This document shows positions 46,489 through 55,846 of a DNA stretch of 64,000 nt, one piece after another. Position 1 is the first letter of the stretch; each line of letters opens with the position of its first letter. The notes under the pieces are model-generated. The model had not been told where the DNA came from, did not search any database, and saw only the letters and a list, made by a program, of their open reading frames with translations. Location of the stretch: NCBI GenBank assembly GCA_001790815.1, contig MGDU01000010.1, positions 2,621-66,620 on the forward strand, given 5' to 3'. This DNA comes from Candidatus Uhrbacteria bacterium RIFCSPHIGHO2_02_FULL_46_47. GTDB taxonomy: Bacteria > Patescibacteriota > Patescibacteriia > GWA2-47-26. Made by a program: the position numbers and the translations under genes.

Positions 46489-48315
46489 ATGGAAAAGAAT
46501 TGGGTACTTTTGGAAAACGCGCCGGAGGATTGGCAAGGTCAAATGCCAGAGGTGTCTGCTATTTTGCGGCAGATTTTGTGGACTCGTGGATTGCGAACTA
46601 AGGCCGAGGCAGAACAATTTTTACATCCTAGTTTTGAAAAGGATCTGCATGATCCTTTTTTGTTTAAGGACATGGAAAAAACAGTGGCGCGGCTGTTTGC
46701 GGCAATTGAGAAAAAGGAGAAAATTTTTGTGTATGGCGATTATGACGCGGATGGCGTACCGGGCGCGGCTATTTTGAAAACTACCCTGGACGCGCTTGGC
46801 GCGGTTACGGATATTTATATTCCGCATCGCGAAAAAGAAGGATATGGACTAAATAGCGGCGCCATTGCCTATATGGCCGAGCAAAATGGCAAGATAGTGA
46901 TTACTTGCGACTGTGGGATTAGCAATGCGTCAGAAGTGGCTGAGGCGCGCGCAAAAGGAATTGATGTAATCATCACTGACCATCATCGCATACCTGAAAT
47001 AGTACCCAAACCATTTGCAATTTTGCATCCATTAATTCCCGGAGAAAAATATCCGAACAAGTTTTTAACCGGCGGTGGCGTGGCGTATAAGCTGGCGTGC
47101 GCGCTTTTACAAACCGCGCATAACTCCCCCCAACCCCCTCTTACCTTAAGAGGGGGAGAGGATCTTGAAGGATTTGAAAAGTGGTTGTTGGATTTGGTGG
47201 CCATATCAACTGTGGCGGATGTGGGGAAACTTCTGGATGAGAATCGAACGCTTGTAAAATATGGACTTACCGTACTTAACAAAACCCGCCGGCTAGGTTT
47301 GCAAAAACTTATTGAAGCCGCAGGAATAAAGCTGGGTGCGCTAGACACTTATTCAATCGGCTGGCAAATCGCTCCGCGTATCAATGCCGCCGGCCGCATG
47401 GATCATGCCAATGCCGCTTTTCAATTGCTGATGGCCACTGACGCGGAAGAAGCGCAGCGTCTTGCGGCACAGTTGAACGAATCAAATGTGGCGAGACAAA
47501 AGGAAACCGATCGCGCGTTAAAGGAGGCGAGGGAACAAATTATGAAGGGATTACTCTCACCTCAATCCTCTCCCATAAAGGGAGAGGAAGTAACGCAACC
47601 CCCCTCGCACCTTGCGGGAGAGGGTCGGGGTGAGGGGGAATTACCGTACCTCCTTGCCGCGTATAATCCTTCCTGGAATCCCGGAGTGATTGGGTTGGTA
47701 GCTGGACGGCTTATGGAAGAATTTCGGCGGCCGGTACTTATCTGCACGCGCAATGAAGGCGGAAAATTTATGGCCTCGGCACGATCAATTTCAGAATTTA
47801 ATATTATTGAAGCGCTCGCCTCATCAAAAGAATATCTTTTGAAATTTGGCGGGCACCCCAAAGCCGCTGGTTTTTCTGTTGAAAGCGAAGAGAAATGGCA
47901 TGCACTTATTGCGCATTTGCAGGAACTCGCGCACAAAGCGCTCCATGCTGTTGATGTGCGGCCAACGCTCTATATTGACGCGGATCTTATACTTGCGCAA
48001 GTAGATTGGAATTTAGTTTCTGATGTGCAAGCGCTTGAGCCGTGCGGGGAAGGCAATCCGCGTCCGCGGTTTTTAATACATGGCATAACCGTGCTTGGAT
48101 TTGATACTGTAGGAAATGGCGGGAAGCACTTGCGTCTTACGGTTACTGATGAAACGCAAAAGCCGCGCAAAATGATTGGATTTAATTGTGGAAGCTGGTG
48201 CGAGCGGTTAAAAATCGGCGACTTGATTGATGTGGTCGTTGAAGTTGGAGTAAATGAATGGAATGGAAATCGTGATATTGAGATGCGAATTGTGGATTTA
48301 AGATTCCATCAATAA
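46489..48315 (+). CDS. recJ: single-stranded-DNA-specific exonuclease RecJ (DHH family) with two in-frame palindromic insertions
   Basis: VYGDYDADGVPGAAIL, ITDHH (DHH motif), DHHA1 region GGHPKAAG; insertions AHNSPQPPLTLRGGEDLEG and LSPQSSPIKGEEVTQPPSHLAGEGRGEGE. Confidence 0.85.
   Translation: MEKNWVLLENAPEDWQGQMPEVSAILRQILWTRGLRTKAEAEQFLHPSFEKDLHDPFLFKDMEKTVARLFAAIEKKEKIFVYGDYDADGVPGAAILKTTLDALGAVTDIYIPHREKEGYGLNSGAIAYMAEQNGKIVITCDCGISNASEVAEARAKGIDVIITDHHRIPEIVPKPFAILHPLIPGEKYPNKFLTGGGVAYKLACALLQTAHNSPQPPLTLRGGEDLEGFEKWLLDLVAISTVADVGKLLDENRTLVKYGLTVLNKTRRLGLQKLIEAAGIKLGALDTYSIGWQIAPRINAAGRMDHANAAFQLLMATDAEEAQRLAAQLNESNVARQKETDRALKEAREQIMKGLLSPQSSPIKGEEVTQPPSHLAGEGRGEGELPYLLAAYNPSWNPGVIGLVAGRLMEEFRRPVLICTRNEGGKFMASARSISEFNIIEALASSKEYLLKFGGHPKAAGFSVESEEKWHALIAHLQELAHKALHAVDVRPTLYIDADLILAQVDWNLVSDVQALEPCGEGNPRPRFLIHGITVLGFDTVGNGGKHLRLTVTDETQKPRKMIGFNCGSWCERLKIGDLIDVVVEVGVNEWNGNRDIEMRIVDLRFHQ
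47125..47161. repeat. family C-like palindromic element in-frame in recJ (1 of 2)
   Basis: ctccccccaaccccctcttaccttaagagggggagagg. Confidence 0.7.
47556..47638. repeat. family C palindromic element in-frame in recJ (2 of 2)
   Basis: ctcacctcaatcctctcccataaagggagagg...cttgcgggagagggtcggggtgaggggg. Confidence 0.8.
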
Positions 48316-48319
48316 TATG

Positions 48320-48408
48320 ATGCCAATATACGAATTTCATGCCAATCTACAAATAACAAATAATTCATTCGCAATTCGTAGATTAGCATAAGATTTGTAG
48401 ATTTGCAT
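48320..48408. repeat. family F intergenic element, copy 3 (immediately upstream of rnhA)
   Basis: atgccaatatacgaatttcatgccaatctacaaataacaaataattcattcgcaattcgtagattagcataagatttgtagatttgcat. Confidence 0.75.
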
Positions 48409-48416
48409 CATATTTT

Positions 48417-48863
48417 ATGCACTACATAACTTACACTGATGGTGGGGCGCGGGGGAATCCGGGGCCGGCCGGGATTGGGGTTGTGATTTATTCATTAAAA
48501 CATGAAAACATTAAAGCATTAAAGCATGCGAAGGAAGATTTGGAATTAGTGGAGAAGTTTGGAAAGTATATTGGCAAAACTACTAATAATCAAGCAGAAT
48601 ACAACGCGCTTTTAGCGGCACTCAAGCGCGTGCATGAGCTTGGCGCAACTGAGGTGCATTGTATGCTTGACAGTGAGCTGGTGGTAAAACAGCTAAATCG
48701 TGAATATAAAGTGCGGGATCCGGATATCGCGCTGATTTTTACCAAAGTTTGGAATGAGATAATCAATTTTAAAAAAGTTACTTTTACGCATATTCCGCGA
48801 GAGAAAAATAAAGAAGCAGATCAGATGGTAAACGAAGCGATTGATCGTGCACAACATGGTTAG
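48417..48863 (+). CDS. rnhA: ribonuclease HI
   Basis: YTDGGARGNPGPAGIGVVI (DxxGG..NPG), NNQAEYNALLAAL (E), LDSELVVKQL (D), HIPREKNKEADQMVNEA (H..D). Confidence 0.9.
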   Translation: MHYITYTDGGARGNPGPAGIGVVIYSLKHENIKALKHAKEDLELVEKFGKYIGKTTNNQAEYNALLAALKRVHELGATEVHCMLDSELVVKQLNREYKVRDPDIALIFTKVWNEIINFKKVTFTHIPREKNKEADQMVNEAIDRAQHG

Positions 48864-48866
48864 ACA

Positions 48867-48875
48867 TGCTATAAT
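48867..48875 (+). promoter_or_regulatory. extended -10 promoter (TGcTATAAT) 6 nt upstream of the ATG at 48882 (near-leaderless)
   Basis: TGCTATAATacaggcATG. Confidence 0.5.
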
Positions 48876-48881
48876 ACAGGC

Positions 48882-51182
48882 ATGAAGCGGTTTCTCAAAA
48901 CCATGCAAAAGGGAAGCCAATTTTCCGTTATATACGGCGCCTTTGCGCTGTTGTTTTTAATTTTAGGCAGCTCATGGCTTGTACAAATAGATCTTCACGG
49001 CCTCGCGCAGGCGCAAAGCACACCACCAAATTATGCGGGATTTTTGTGGAGTGACACAATCGGCTGGATCAGCATGAATTGCAGCAATGATTGGGATAAT
49101 AATACGGCAACGCCACCAGAGGAGCGTTGCAGTGGTGAGGGCGGCGCGTATGGCGTGACGGTTGAGGTAAATCCTGTAACGCTTATTGGTACAATTAGCG
49201 GTGCGGCATGGTCACCAAATATTGGGCTTGTATGTTTTGGAGAAACCTGTGGGGCATGTTCCGGAGTAAGCTGTGACGGCAGACCTGAAGGCAGTCCGGT
49301 TGAGGCTCGATTTGACATGAATAATTTGCAGTGCGCGCCTTCGTCCGCTTCGTGCACGCGGCAAGTTGCGTATGTGCAAGGATATGCCCGCGTAGAAACG
49401 CAAGCCAATGAAAGCGGAGCAAATCTTGGCGGCTGGATTAAACTAAGCGGCACAGCGCCGGGCAATACGCCGATTCAAGTTGGCGCATGGCAAAATGAGT
49501 CCGGCACAACAAGTTTATCCGGTTCTGGTTGGCAGCAAAATAGCGATAGAGGCGGAATTGGCTGGGTTTATTTTGATGAAGGCCCGCCGGGAAATGCGAA
49601 TTGCGTGACAAATTGCGGAGGCGATAATGATGTGATCGTTACATTGCCGCCGGATCAAGAAACTGGTTGCGGCGATGGCCCGATTGCCTGCTGTAGTAAT
49701 TTGGTAGACGATGACCGTGACCGAAGCTATACAACTACTGATGAAAAAGATTTGGCTGGCGCGCTTGACGCAACCACAACCGGGGTTGATTGCCAAGATT
49801 ATGACTGCGCCGGCATGCCCAATTGTCCTTCAAGGGAGAACCAAAATCCGGATGGAACTCCCGCTCCAGCGCAATGTTTTGATGGGGTTGATGTTGATAA
49901 TGATCTTGACGCATGGGTGCGCGGCGGTGCGCCTGCCCAAGGCGCCGGAGTTGATTGCAGTGATACTGATTGCATCGGTGCAGAAAATCCTACAGATTCA
50001 ACAGAGCGTTGTGTAACAGTGGAGGCCTCAAATGAATTTAATTATTGTACTGATGGAATTGATAATGACAGAAATAATGATGCAGACTGCTTGGATTCTG
50101 CGTGCGGTTCATTTGTGGCGTGTGTTCAAAGCAATATTATAGGTGATGGCCCAGCAGACGGGGCAGAAGATGACCATCCTAATTGTGAGGGCGTGTGCAA
50201 ATCATCTGATCCTGCAGATATAGGACAGCCAAACTATTGTGCAGATAATGATAATGATAAAGTGTGTGACTTTGCGGACAATTGCGGAAAACTAGGTACA
50301 ACGCTTGTTGCAAATGAGAATCAAACTGATGTGAATGCTAATGGTGTTGGTGATGCCTGTGATGCATTCCTTGAAACGCGGGAAGGATCAATTTATGGCG
50401 GCGGATTCCGGGCGCCAGCTCGTCCGCGCGGATCAAATGCGACATTTTGTCTTCTTTCATCAGGTGCGATAGAAAATTTCAGATCAGAAACTGAAAGATG
50501 TGAATTGACGCTTGGTTTGCGCGCGCGCGAGTTTTTGCTGCTGCAGTACGGCGATGCATTGGCATTATGGAGTCAAGCTTTGCGCGCCCGTATTGATTAT
50601 ACGAAGTTGCGCCAGACTGCGGTTCAGCCGCTTCCTGCGAACCTTTCCGATTTGGGCTTAGCGGCAAATGCTGGCAAGGTATTTTATCATCAAGGTGATC
50701 TTGTTGTTGATCAAGAAATACTTTGGCAAAATGGAGTGCAAAATGGAGCACGAACAATTCTTGTTGATGGAAATATTACTTTTCGCGCGCCCTCACATTA
50801 TGATCCGACTCCGCTTTTGCCCGGTGCGCCTCTTCGTCAACTTGCCTCAGTTGCCTGGATTGCTGTTGGAGATGCTAGCGGGACAAAAGGCAATATTATC
50901 ATTGATCCAGCGGTTGGCGGTCATCCATCAGAAGATATGGTTGGCGCGTTTATCGCGTCAAATAGGATATCAACAGGACAGAGTAGTGAAGCACTGACGA
51001 TAAAGGGACTTGCAGTAGCCAGGCGGTTTAATTTTGAACGCACCTATGTAAGTCCGCCAGCCTTGCCTGCGCGCGGAGCAGAGCTTATTATCTATGACGG
51101 CCGAACAATCTTAAATCCGCCGCCTGGGCTTGCTGATCTTGTAAAAGCCCTACCAGTCTCCAAAGTAGTAGCACCACAGTAG
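48882..51182 (+). CDS. large secreted Cys/Asp-rich protein with thrombospondin type 3-like Ca-binding repeats (possible pilus-associated adhesin)
   Basis: Signal-anchor FSVIYGAFALLFLILGSSWLV; many Cys; Asp-rich loops (DNDNDKVCDFADNCG, NENQTDVNANGVGDACD, DVDNDLD); 766 aa; sits directly upstream of pilMNO. Confidence 0.5.
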   Translation: MKRFLKTMQKGSQFSVIYGAFALLFLILGSSWLVQIDLHGLAQAQSTPPNYAGFLWSDTIGWISMNCSNDWDNNTATPPEERCSGEGGAYGVTVEVNPVTLIGTISGAAWSPNIGLVCFGETCGACSGVSCDGRPEGSPVEARFDMNNLQCAPSSASCTRQVAYVQGYARVETQANESGANLGGWIKLSGTAPGNTPIQVGAWQNESGTTSLSGSGWQQNSDRGGIGWVYFDEGPPGNANCVTNCGGDNDVIVTLPPDQETGCGDGPIACCSNLVDDDRDRSYTTTDEKDLAGALDATTTGVDCQDYDCAGMPNCPSRENQNPDGTPAPAQCFDGVDVDNDLDAWVRGGAPAQGAGVDCSDTDCIGAENPTDSTERCVTVEASNEFNYCTDGIDNDRNNDADCLDSACGSFVACVQSNIIGDGPADGAEDDHPNCEGVCKSSDPADIGQPNYCADNDNDKVCDFADNCGKLGTTLVANENQTDVNANGVGDACDAFLETREGSIYGGGFRAPARPRGSNATFCLLSSGAIENFRSETERCELTLGLRAREFLLLQYGDALALWSQALRARIDYTKLRQTAVQPLPANLSDLGLAANAGKVFYHQGDLVVDQEILWQNGVQNGARTILVDGNITFRAPSHYDPTPLLPGAPLRQLASVAWIAVGDASGTKGNIIIDPAVGGHPSEDMVGAFIASNRISTGQSSEALTIKGLAVARRFNFERTYVSPPALPARGAELIIYDGRTILNPPPGLADLVKALPVSKVVAPQ

Positions 51183-51189
51183 TGAGATA

Positions 51190-51198
51190 TGGTATAAT
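51190..51198 (+). promoter_or_regulatory. extended -10 promoter (TGgTATAAT) for the pilM operon
   Basis: 18 nt upstream of the ATG at 51217. Confidence 0.5.
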
Positions 51199-51216
51199 AC
51201 TGCGAACAAGCAAAGT

Positions 51217-52290
51217 ATGAGCATATTTAAACGAAAACAAAAAGGGCATATCGGAATTGATTTTGGCGCAGGAGGAATTAAGATAATACAGCTTCAACCT
51301 GGCGATGGCCGGGGAAATCTTTTTACTTATGGATTTTCCGAGCGAACGCCTGAAGAGATGGGAGTAGATTATATTGAAAATCCAGAGGCAACCGCCGCAC
51401 TTTTAAAAACGATTTGTTCAAAAGCGCGTACGACTACTACTTCCGCGGTAGCCGCGCTTCCTATTCCAACTGTATTTTCCGCGGTTCTCTCTATTGCGCC
51501 AGTGCCAAAAAAAGAGCTTGCCAAAGCTGTTGAGTGGGAAGCGAAAAAATTGATACCTTTGCCGCTTGAGGAAGTTACGCTTGATTTTAAAGAGCTTAGA
51601 TTTCCAGATGAAGAAACCACGGCTAAAAAGACATTTGGAGAAAAGCAGATCTCAGTGCTTTTAACCGCGGCGCCAAAGAGCGTAATTGATAAATATGTGG
51701 CGATCGCAAAGGCCGCAGGACTTACTCTTACTTCACTTGAGACAGAAGCATTTGCACTTATTCGTGCGATGGTAGGTGTTGATCCAGCTCCGGTGATTAT
51801 TGTGGATATGGGAGCGGTGCGTTCCAATATTTTATTTGTGGATCGCGGAATACCTATGCTTATTCGTTCAGTAGAAATCGGAGGAAAAAAATGCACGGAG
51901 GCAATCGCAAGCGCACTTTCAATTGATATGAACCGCGCTGAGGCGATGAAGCGCGATTTGGGAATTGCTCCGCTTCCCGGAAGCGCTCCCGGACAGATGC
52001 CGACACTTTTAAAAGATGTGCTTACTCCGCTTTTGAATGAAATGAAGTACAGTTTTAACGTATATAGAACCCGCAGTGTCATCGCGCGTCCGCCGGAGAA
52101 AATCATTCTTTCTGGCGGAGGCGCGGGATTGCCCGGACTGAGCGAACTTATAACCTCGGAATTTAATATTAAGAGTTTTTTGGGGAATCCATGGGAGAGA
52201 GTGAATTTTCAGGATGATTTAATACCACTTTTGTACACATTTGGAAGCAGATTTGCAGTAGCAATCGGTCTAGCGTTGCGAAACGCATAA
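51217..52290 (+). CDS. pilM: type IV pilus assembly protein PilM (actin-like ATPase fold)
   Basis: IGIDFGAGGIKIIQL N-terminal phosphate-1 motif, about 355 aa; followed by the pilN/pilO pattern. Confidence 0.8.
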   Translation: MSIFKRKQKGHIGIDFGAGGIKIIQLQPGDGRGNLFTYGFSERTPEEMGVDYIENPEATAALLKTICSKARTTTTSAVAALPIPTVFSAVLSIAPVPKKELAKAVEWEAKKLIPLPLEEVTLDFKELRFPDEETTAKKTFGEKQISVLLTAAPKSVIDKYVAIAKAAGLTLTSLETEAFALIRAMVGVDPAPVIIVDMGAVRSNILFVDRGIPMLIRSVEIGGKKCTEAIASALSIDMNRAEAMKRDLGIAPLPGSAPGQMPTLLKDVLTPLLNEMKYSFNVYRTRSVIARPPEKIILSGGGAGLPGLSELITSEFNIKSFLGNPWERVNFQDDLIPLLYTFGSRFAVAIGLALRNA

Positions 52291-52317
52291 GTCTGTAAGA
52301 TCTGTCGCACTTATAAT

Positions 52318-52917
52318 ATGGCGGCGAAAAAAACAAAAAAAATTGAAGAGGTGCGAGTTAGCTTATTGCCGGAAGAAAAGGTAGTATCCAAAATTGAATC
52401 TCGGCGAACCGAGCGAATTCTTACTGCTATTCTCGCGGGGACGATATTAATAATTGTATCAGCAACTATATATTTGCGCGCCGGAGCCGCGCGCGCTATA
52501 TCACAAGCAAAGATACAGGAAAACGCGCTTGCCGCGCTTAATTTAGAGCTTGCCAAAGTTGAGACATCAGTGCGCACAGGAGGAAATGTTGGCCAGAGAA
52601 TTGAATTTGCAAAACGCAGTTTGCAAAACCATATTGCCGCTGAGCGCGTTGCGGATGTTTTAGAATCATCCACAGTGCCGGAAGTGTATTTTACGCAATT
52701 TGCCGCAAATACTGACGGCACGCTTATACTTTCCGCGCGAGGAAAGAATTTTCAAGCAGTAACGCGTCAGATACTGGCCTGGAATACGCATCCGCAAATT
52801 GCGCACTCGCGTGTTTCAGGCGTATCCGCAACTGTTGATAAACTCGGGAATGTGGAAGGCATTGATTTTAGCGTTACGCTCACGCTTAAGGAGGGCACAC
52901 TGATTTGGAAACCATAA
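52318..52917 (+). CDS. pilN: type IV pilus assembly protein PilN-like
   Basis: Short cytoplasmic N-terminus, single TM (ILTAILAGTILIIVSATIYL), periplasmic coiled coil; sits between pilM and pilO. Confidence 0.6.
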   Translation: MAAKKTKKIEEVRVSLLPEEKVVSKIESRRTERILTAILAGTILIIVSATIYLRAGAARAISQAKIQENALAALNLELAKVETSVRTGGNVGQRIEFAKRSLQNHIAAERVADVLESSTVPEVYFTQFAANTDGTLILSARGKNFQAVTRQILAWNTHPQIAHSRVSGVSATVDKLGNVEGIDFSVTLTLKEGTLIWKP

Positions 52918-52922
52918 TTTAT

Positions 52923-53612
52923 ATGCCCGCATTATTTACAAAGCAGTATAGAATATTAATTCTTGCCTCAGCAATTATCGCGGTTGGAATCGGCGGTTAT
53001 TTTTTCGGTGTGCGGTCAAACATCGCGGAATTTCGCAGTGCCAATGGCGAACTTGCTAAGTTCAAAGAAACGCGCGAAGTCACACAGGAGAAAATTGTAG
53101 AAGCGCGCGCAGTTGCGGCGCAGGCGACCGCCGGCACGCCAGCTGAAATTATTAAACTGCAATCTTTGTTTGTGCGTCAGAGCGAAATCGCGGAGCTGAT
53201 AAATATTATTGGTAACCGCGCGCAGACGGCTCGCTTTCTTCTGACCAATCTTGAAATTAGCACTGAGAAAGCAGAACGTAATGATGCTCGTGCGCTTCAA
53301 ACAGTGCGCGCGCAGGCGCAGCTTAAAGGCGGAGGTTATCGCGAACTTAAAGAGCTTTTGAAGCTTTTAACAGTCGCGGTTCCGCTCCTTGAGGTAAATT
53401 CGTTTACCTTTGATCCCAAAAGCACAACGGTCAGCATCAACTTAAGCGCACAGCGTATTTCGCAAGAGGCGTCTGCTTTAGTTCCTGTGGATACGGCATT
53501 CTTTAGCGACCCACGATTCAAAGCGCTTGGAGCGCCGGTGCTATTGCCTCAAAAAGAGCCAGTGGGACGAGAAAATCCGTTCGCGACATTTGAATCTCAA
53601 AAGAGCCAATAA
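52923..53612 (+). CDS. pilO: type IV pilus assembly protein PilO-like
   Basis: Single TM (ILILASAIIAVGIGGYFFGV) plus coiled coil; position in operon. ATG at 52923 chosen (ORF track TTG 52905). Confidence 0.55.
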   Translation: MPALFTKQYRILILASAIIAVGIGGYFFGVRSNIAEFRSANGELAKFKETREVTQEKIVEARAVAAQATAGTPAEIIKLQSLFVRQSEIAELINIIGNRAQTARFLLTNLEISTEKAERNDARALQTVRAQAQLKGGGYRELKELLKLLTVAVPLLEVNSFTFDPKSTTVSINLSAQRISQEASALVPVDTAFFSDPRFKALGAPVLLPQKEPVGRENPFATFESQKSQ

Positions 53613-53615
53613 GCT

Positions 53616-55364
53616 ATGGCTGTTCAAACTACTTTTAAAAATGAATTTCTTGATTTTTTAGTTAGAGAAAAGGTATTGAGCACAGAAAAAGTCGGTGAGT
53701 TGGAGTCACGTGCTAAACAAGAAGGCAGTACAGTTGAGCAAGTATTGACAAAGGATAGAATTATTTCTGAAGAGGAACTTACTTCAAAAAAGGCAAAATT
53801 TTTCGGTCTTCCCTATATTGATTTGACCGGAATTAAAATTGATCAGGCAACTTTGGGACTTATTCCAAAAGCAGTGGCTGAAAACTATCGTGTAATCGCG
53901 TTTGATCGCGATGCCGCGCAGCTTAATGTTGCGATTTACGATCCTCGCAATTTTCAAGCCATGGCTGCCCTTGATGTGCTGGCCGTGAAAAGTAATCTGC
54001 GCATCAAATATTATCTTACCTCGCTTAGTAGTTTTACCTCCGCAGTAAAGGTATACGCGGAGCTGACAAAAGAGGTCGCGGAGGTTATTGAGGTTGTGCG
54101 CAGAGAAAAGGTACGTGAGGCGCCAAAAGAAGAGGCGGCAGTGCCGGTTGAGGAGGTAATTAAGGGCGCTCCGGTTTCCCGCATCGTTTCAGTTATAATG
54201 CGGCATGCTTATGAAGGAAAGGCCTCCGATATTCATATAGAACCTTATCGCGGTGAGACGCGCGTGCGTTATCGCATTGATGGAGTGCTAAAAACTTCGC
54301 TGGCTCTTCCGGAAGAATTGCATTCCGCAATCGTCTCGCGCGTGAAAGTGCTGGCGAATTTAAAGCTGGATGAGACGCGCATTCCGCAAGACGGCCGCAT
54401 TACCGAGGAGATTGGCGGAAGGCCGATTGATTTTCGCGTTTCAACTTTGCCTCTTCAGGAAGGCAAAGAAAAAGTGGTGATGAGGATTTTGTCCACCGAA
54501 CGCACCCCGACTTTGGAAGAATTGGGATTTCATCCGGAACATATTAAAATCATAGACAGCAACATAAAAAAGCCGCACGGACTTTTGCTTATTTCCGGGC
54601 CAACCGGAGCCGGAAAATCAACCACCCTTTACGCGGTTTTAAGCATGCTTAATCGCGAGGGAATAAATATCATTACTTTGGAAGATCCGATTGAGTATTT
54701 TATTGCCGGCATTAATCAATCGCAAATTCGCCCGGAGGTTGGATATACTTTCGCAACCGGTCTGCGCTCAATTTTGCGGCAAGATCCGAATATAATTATG
54801 GTTGGCGAGATCCGCGACGCGGAAACCGGAGAACTTGCGGTGCATGCCGCGCTTACCGGACATTTGCTTTTGACCACTATTCACACCAACGACGCCCTGG
54901 GGGTAGTGCCGCGGCTGATTGATTTGAAGGCCGAGCCGTTTTTGCTCGCGGCAACATTTAACGTGGCAATCGCGCAGAGACTCGCGCGCAAAATTTGCCC
55001 GGATTGCAAAGGGCCGGCAGAAGTGCCTTTAAATGTGGTAGAACAGATGCGCAGTGAACTGCGCGCTACCCCGACGCGCTTTGTGCCATCTGGGCTTGAC
55101 GTAAATGGTCCCTTGACATTTTATCGTGGTCAAGGATGTCCAAAGTGTGGTACACTTGGATATAAGGGGCGCGTTGCGGTTGCCGAGATTTTGCAGGGAA
55201 CTGTGAATTTGAATCGATTGATTGCGATTGGATTTCCACAGGCCGAAGTTGTCGCGGAAACGCAAAGTCAAGGGATGATTACAATGAAGCAGGACGCGCT
55301 TCTAAAAGCCATTCAAGGATTTACCACTATTGAAGAAGTGATGCGTATTAGCAAGGAACAATAA
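53616..55364 (+). CDS. pilB: type IV pilus assembly ATPase PilB (GspE family)
   Basis: GspE_N domain, Walker A LLISGPTGAGKSTTLYAVL, ITLEDPIEY, Walker B IMVGEIRD, tetracysteine CPDCKG..CPKCG. Confidence 0.9.
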   Translation: MAVQTTFKNEFLDFLVREKVLSTEKVGELESRAKQEGSTVEQVLTKDRIISEEELTSKKAKFFGLPYIDLTGIKIDQATLGLIPKAVAENYRVIAFDRDAAQLNVAIYDPRNFQAMAALDVLAVKSNLRIKYYLTSLSSFTSAVKVYAELTKEVAEVIEVVRREKVREAPKEEAAVPVEEVIKGAPVSRIVSVIMRHAYEGKASDIHIEPYRGETRVRYRIDGVLKTSLALPEELHSAIVSRVKVLANLKLDETRIPQDGRITEEIGGRPIDFRVSTLPLQEGKEKVVMRILSTERTPTLEELGFHPEHIKIIDSNIKKPHGLLLISGPTGAGKSTTLYAVLSMLNREGINIITLEDPIEYFIAGINQSQIRPEVGYTFATGLRSILRQDPNIIMVGEIRDAETGELAVHAALTGHLLLTTIHTNDALGVVPRLIDLKAEPFLLAATFNVAIAQRLARKICPDCKGPAEVPLNVVEQMRSELRATPTRFVPSGLDVNGPLTFYRGQGCPKCGTLGYKGRVAVAEILQGTVNLNRLIAIGFPQAEVVAETQSQGMITMKQDALLKAIQGFTTIEEVMRISKEQ

Positions 55365-55438
55365 GAATGTAAAATGTAGAATGTAAAATGAAAAATGAAA
55401 ACGTAATTTTGCATTTTAAATTTTAAATTTTACATTTA
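55365..55438. promoter_or_regulatory. family G element (TGTAAAAT boxes in both orientations) between pilB and the receiver gene
   Basis: agaaTGTAAAATgtagaaTGTAAAATgaaaaatgaaaacgtaattttgcattttaaATTTTACAtt; contains a decayed MKNENV mini-ORF. Confidence 0.45.
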
Positions 55439-55443
55439 TCCAT

Positions 55444-55836
55444 ATGGCTCAAGGAACAAAAATGAAAATACTTATTGTTGAAGATGATACATTTTTGGCC
55501 GGAATTTACGCTAATAAATTTGAAAAAGAAGGTTTTGAGGTGGCGCTTGCCACTGACGGCGAAATGGCGCTTAAACTGGCGAAAAAGGAAGCGCCGCATA
55601 TAATACTGCTGGATATTCTTTTGCCCAAACTGGATGGTTTTGAAGTCCTGGAAAAATTAAAAAGTGACGCGGGAACAAAAGCTATTCCGGTAATTTTGCT
55701 GACCAATCTTGGACAAAAAGAAGATGTTGATAAAGGGCTGAAACTTGGCGCGGCGGATTATCTTATCAAAGCGCATTTTATGCCTGCCGAAACCGTAGAG
55801 AAAGTAAAGAAAGTTTTGGCCGCATCCGGACGATAA
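55444..55836 (+). CDS. single-domain response regulator (CheY/PilH-like receiver) inside the pilus operon
   Basis: KILIVEDD..D(55)ILLP..T..K REC-domain motifs. Confidence 0.8.
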   Translation: MAQGTKMKILIVEDDTFLAGIYANKFEKEGFEVALATDGEMALKLAKKEAPHIILLDILLPKLDGFEVLEKLKSDAGTKAIPVILLTNLGQKEDVDKGLKLGAADYLIKAHFMPAETVEKVKKVLAASGR

Positions 55837-55846
55837 ATTTTCGCCT

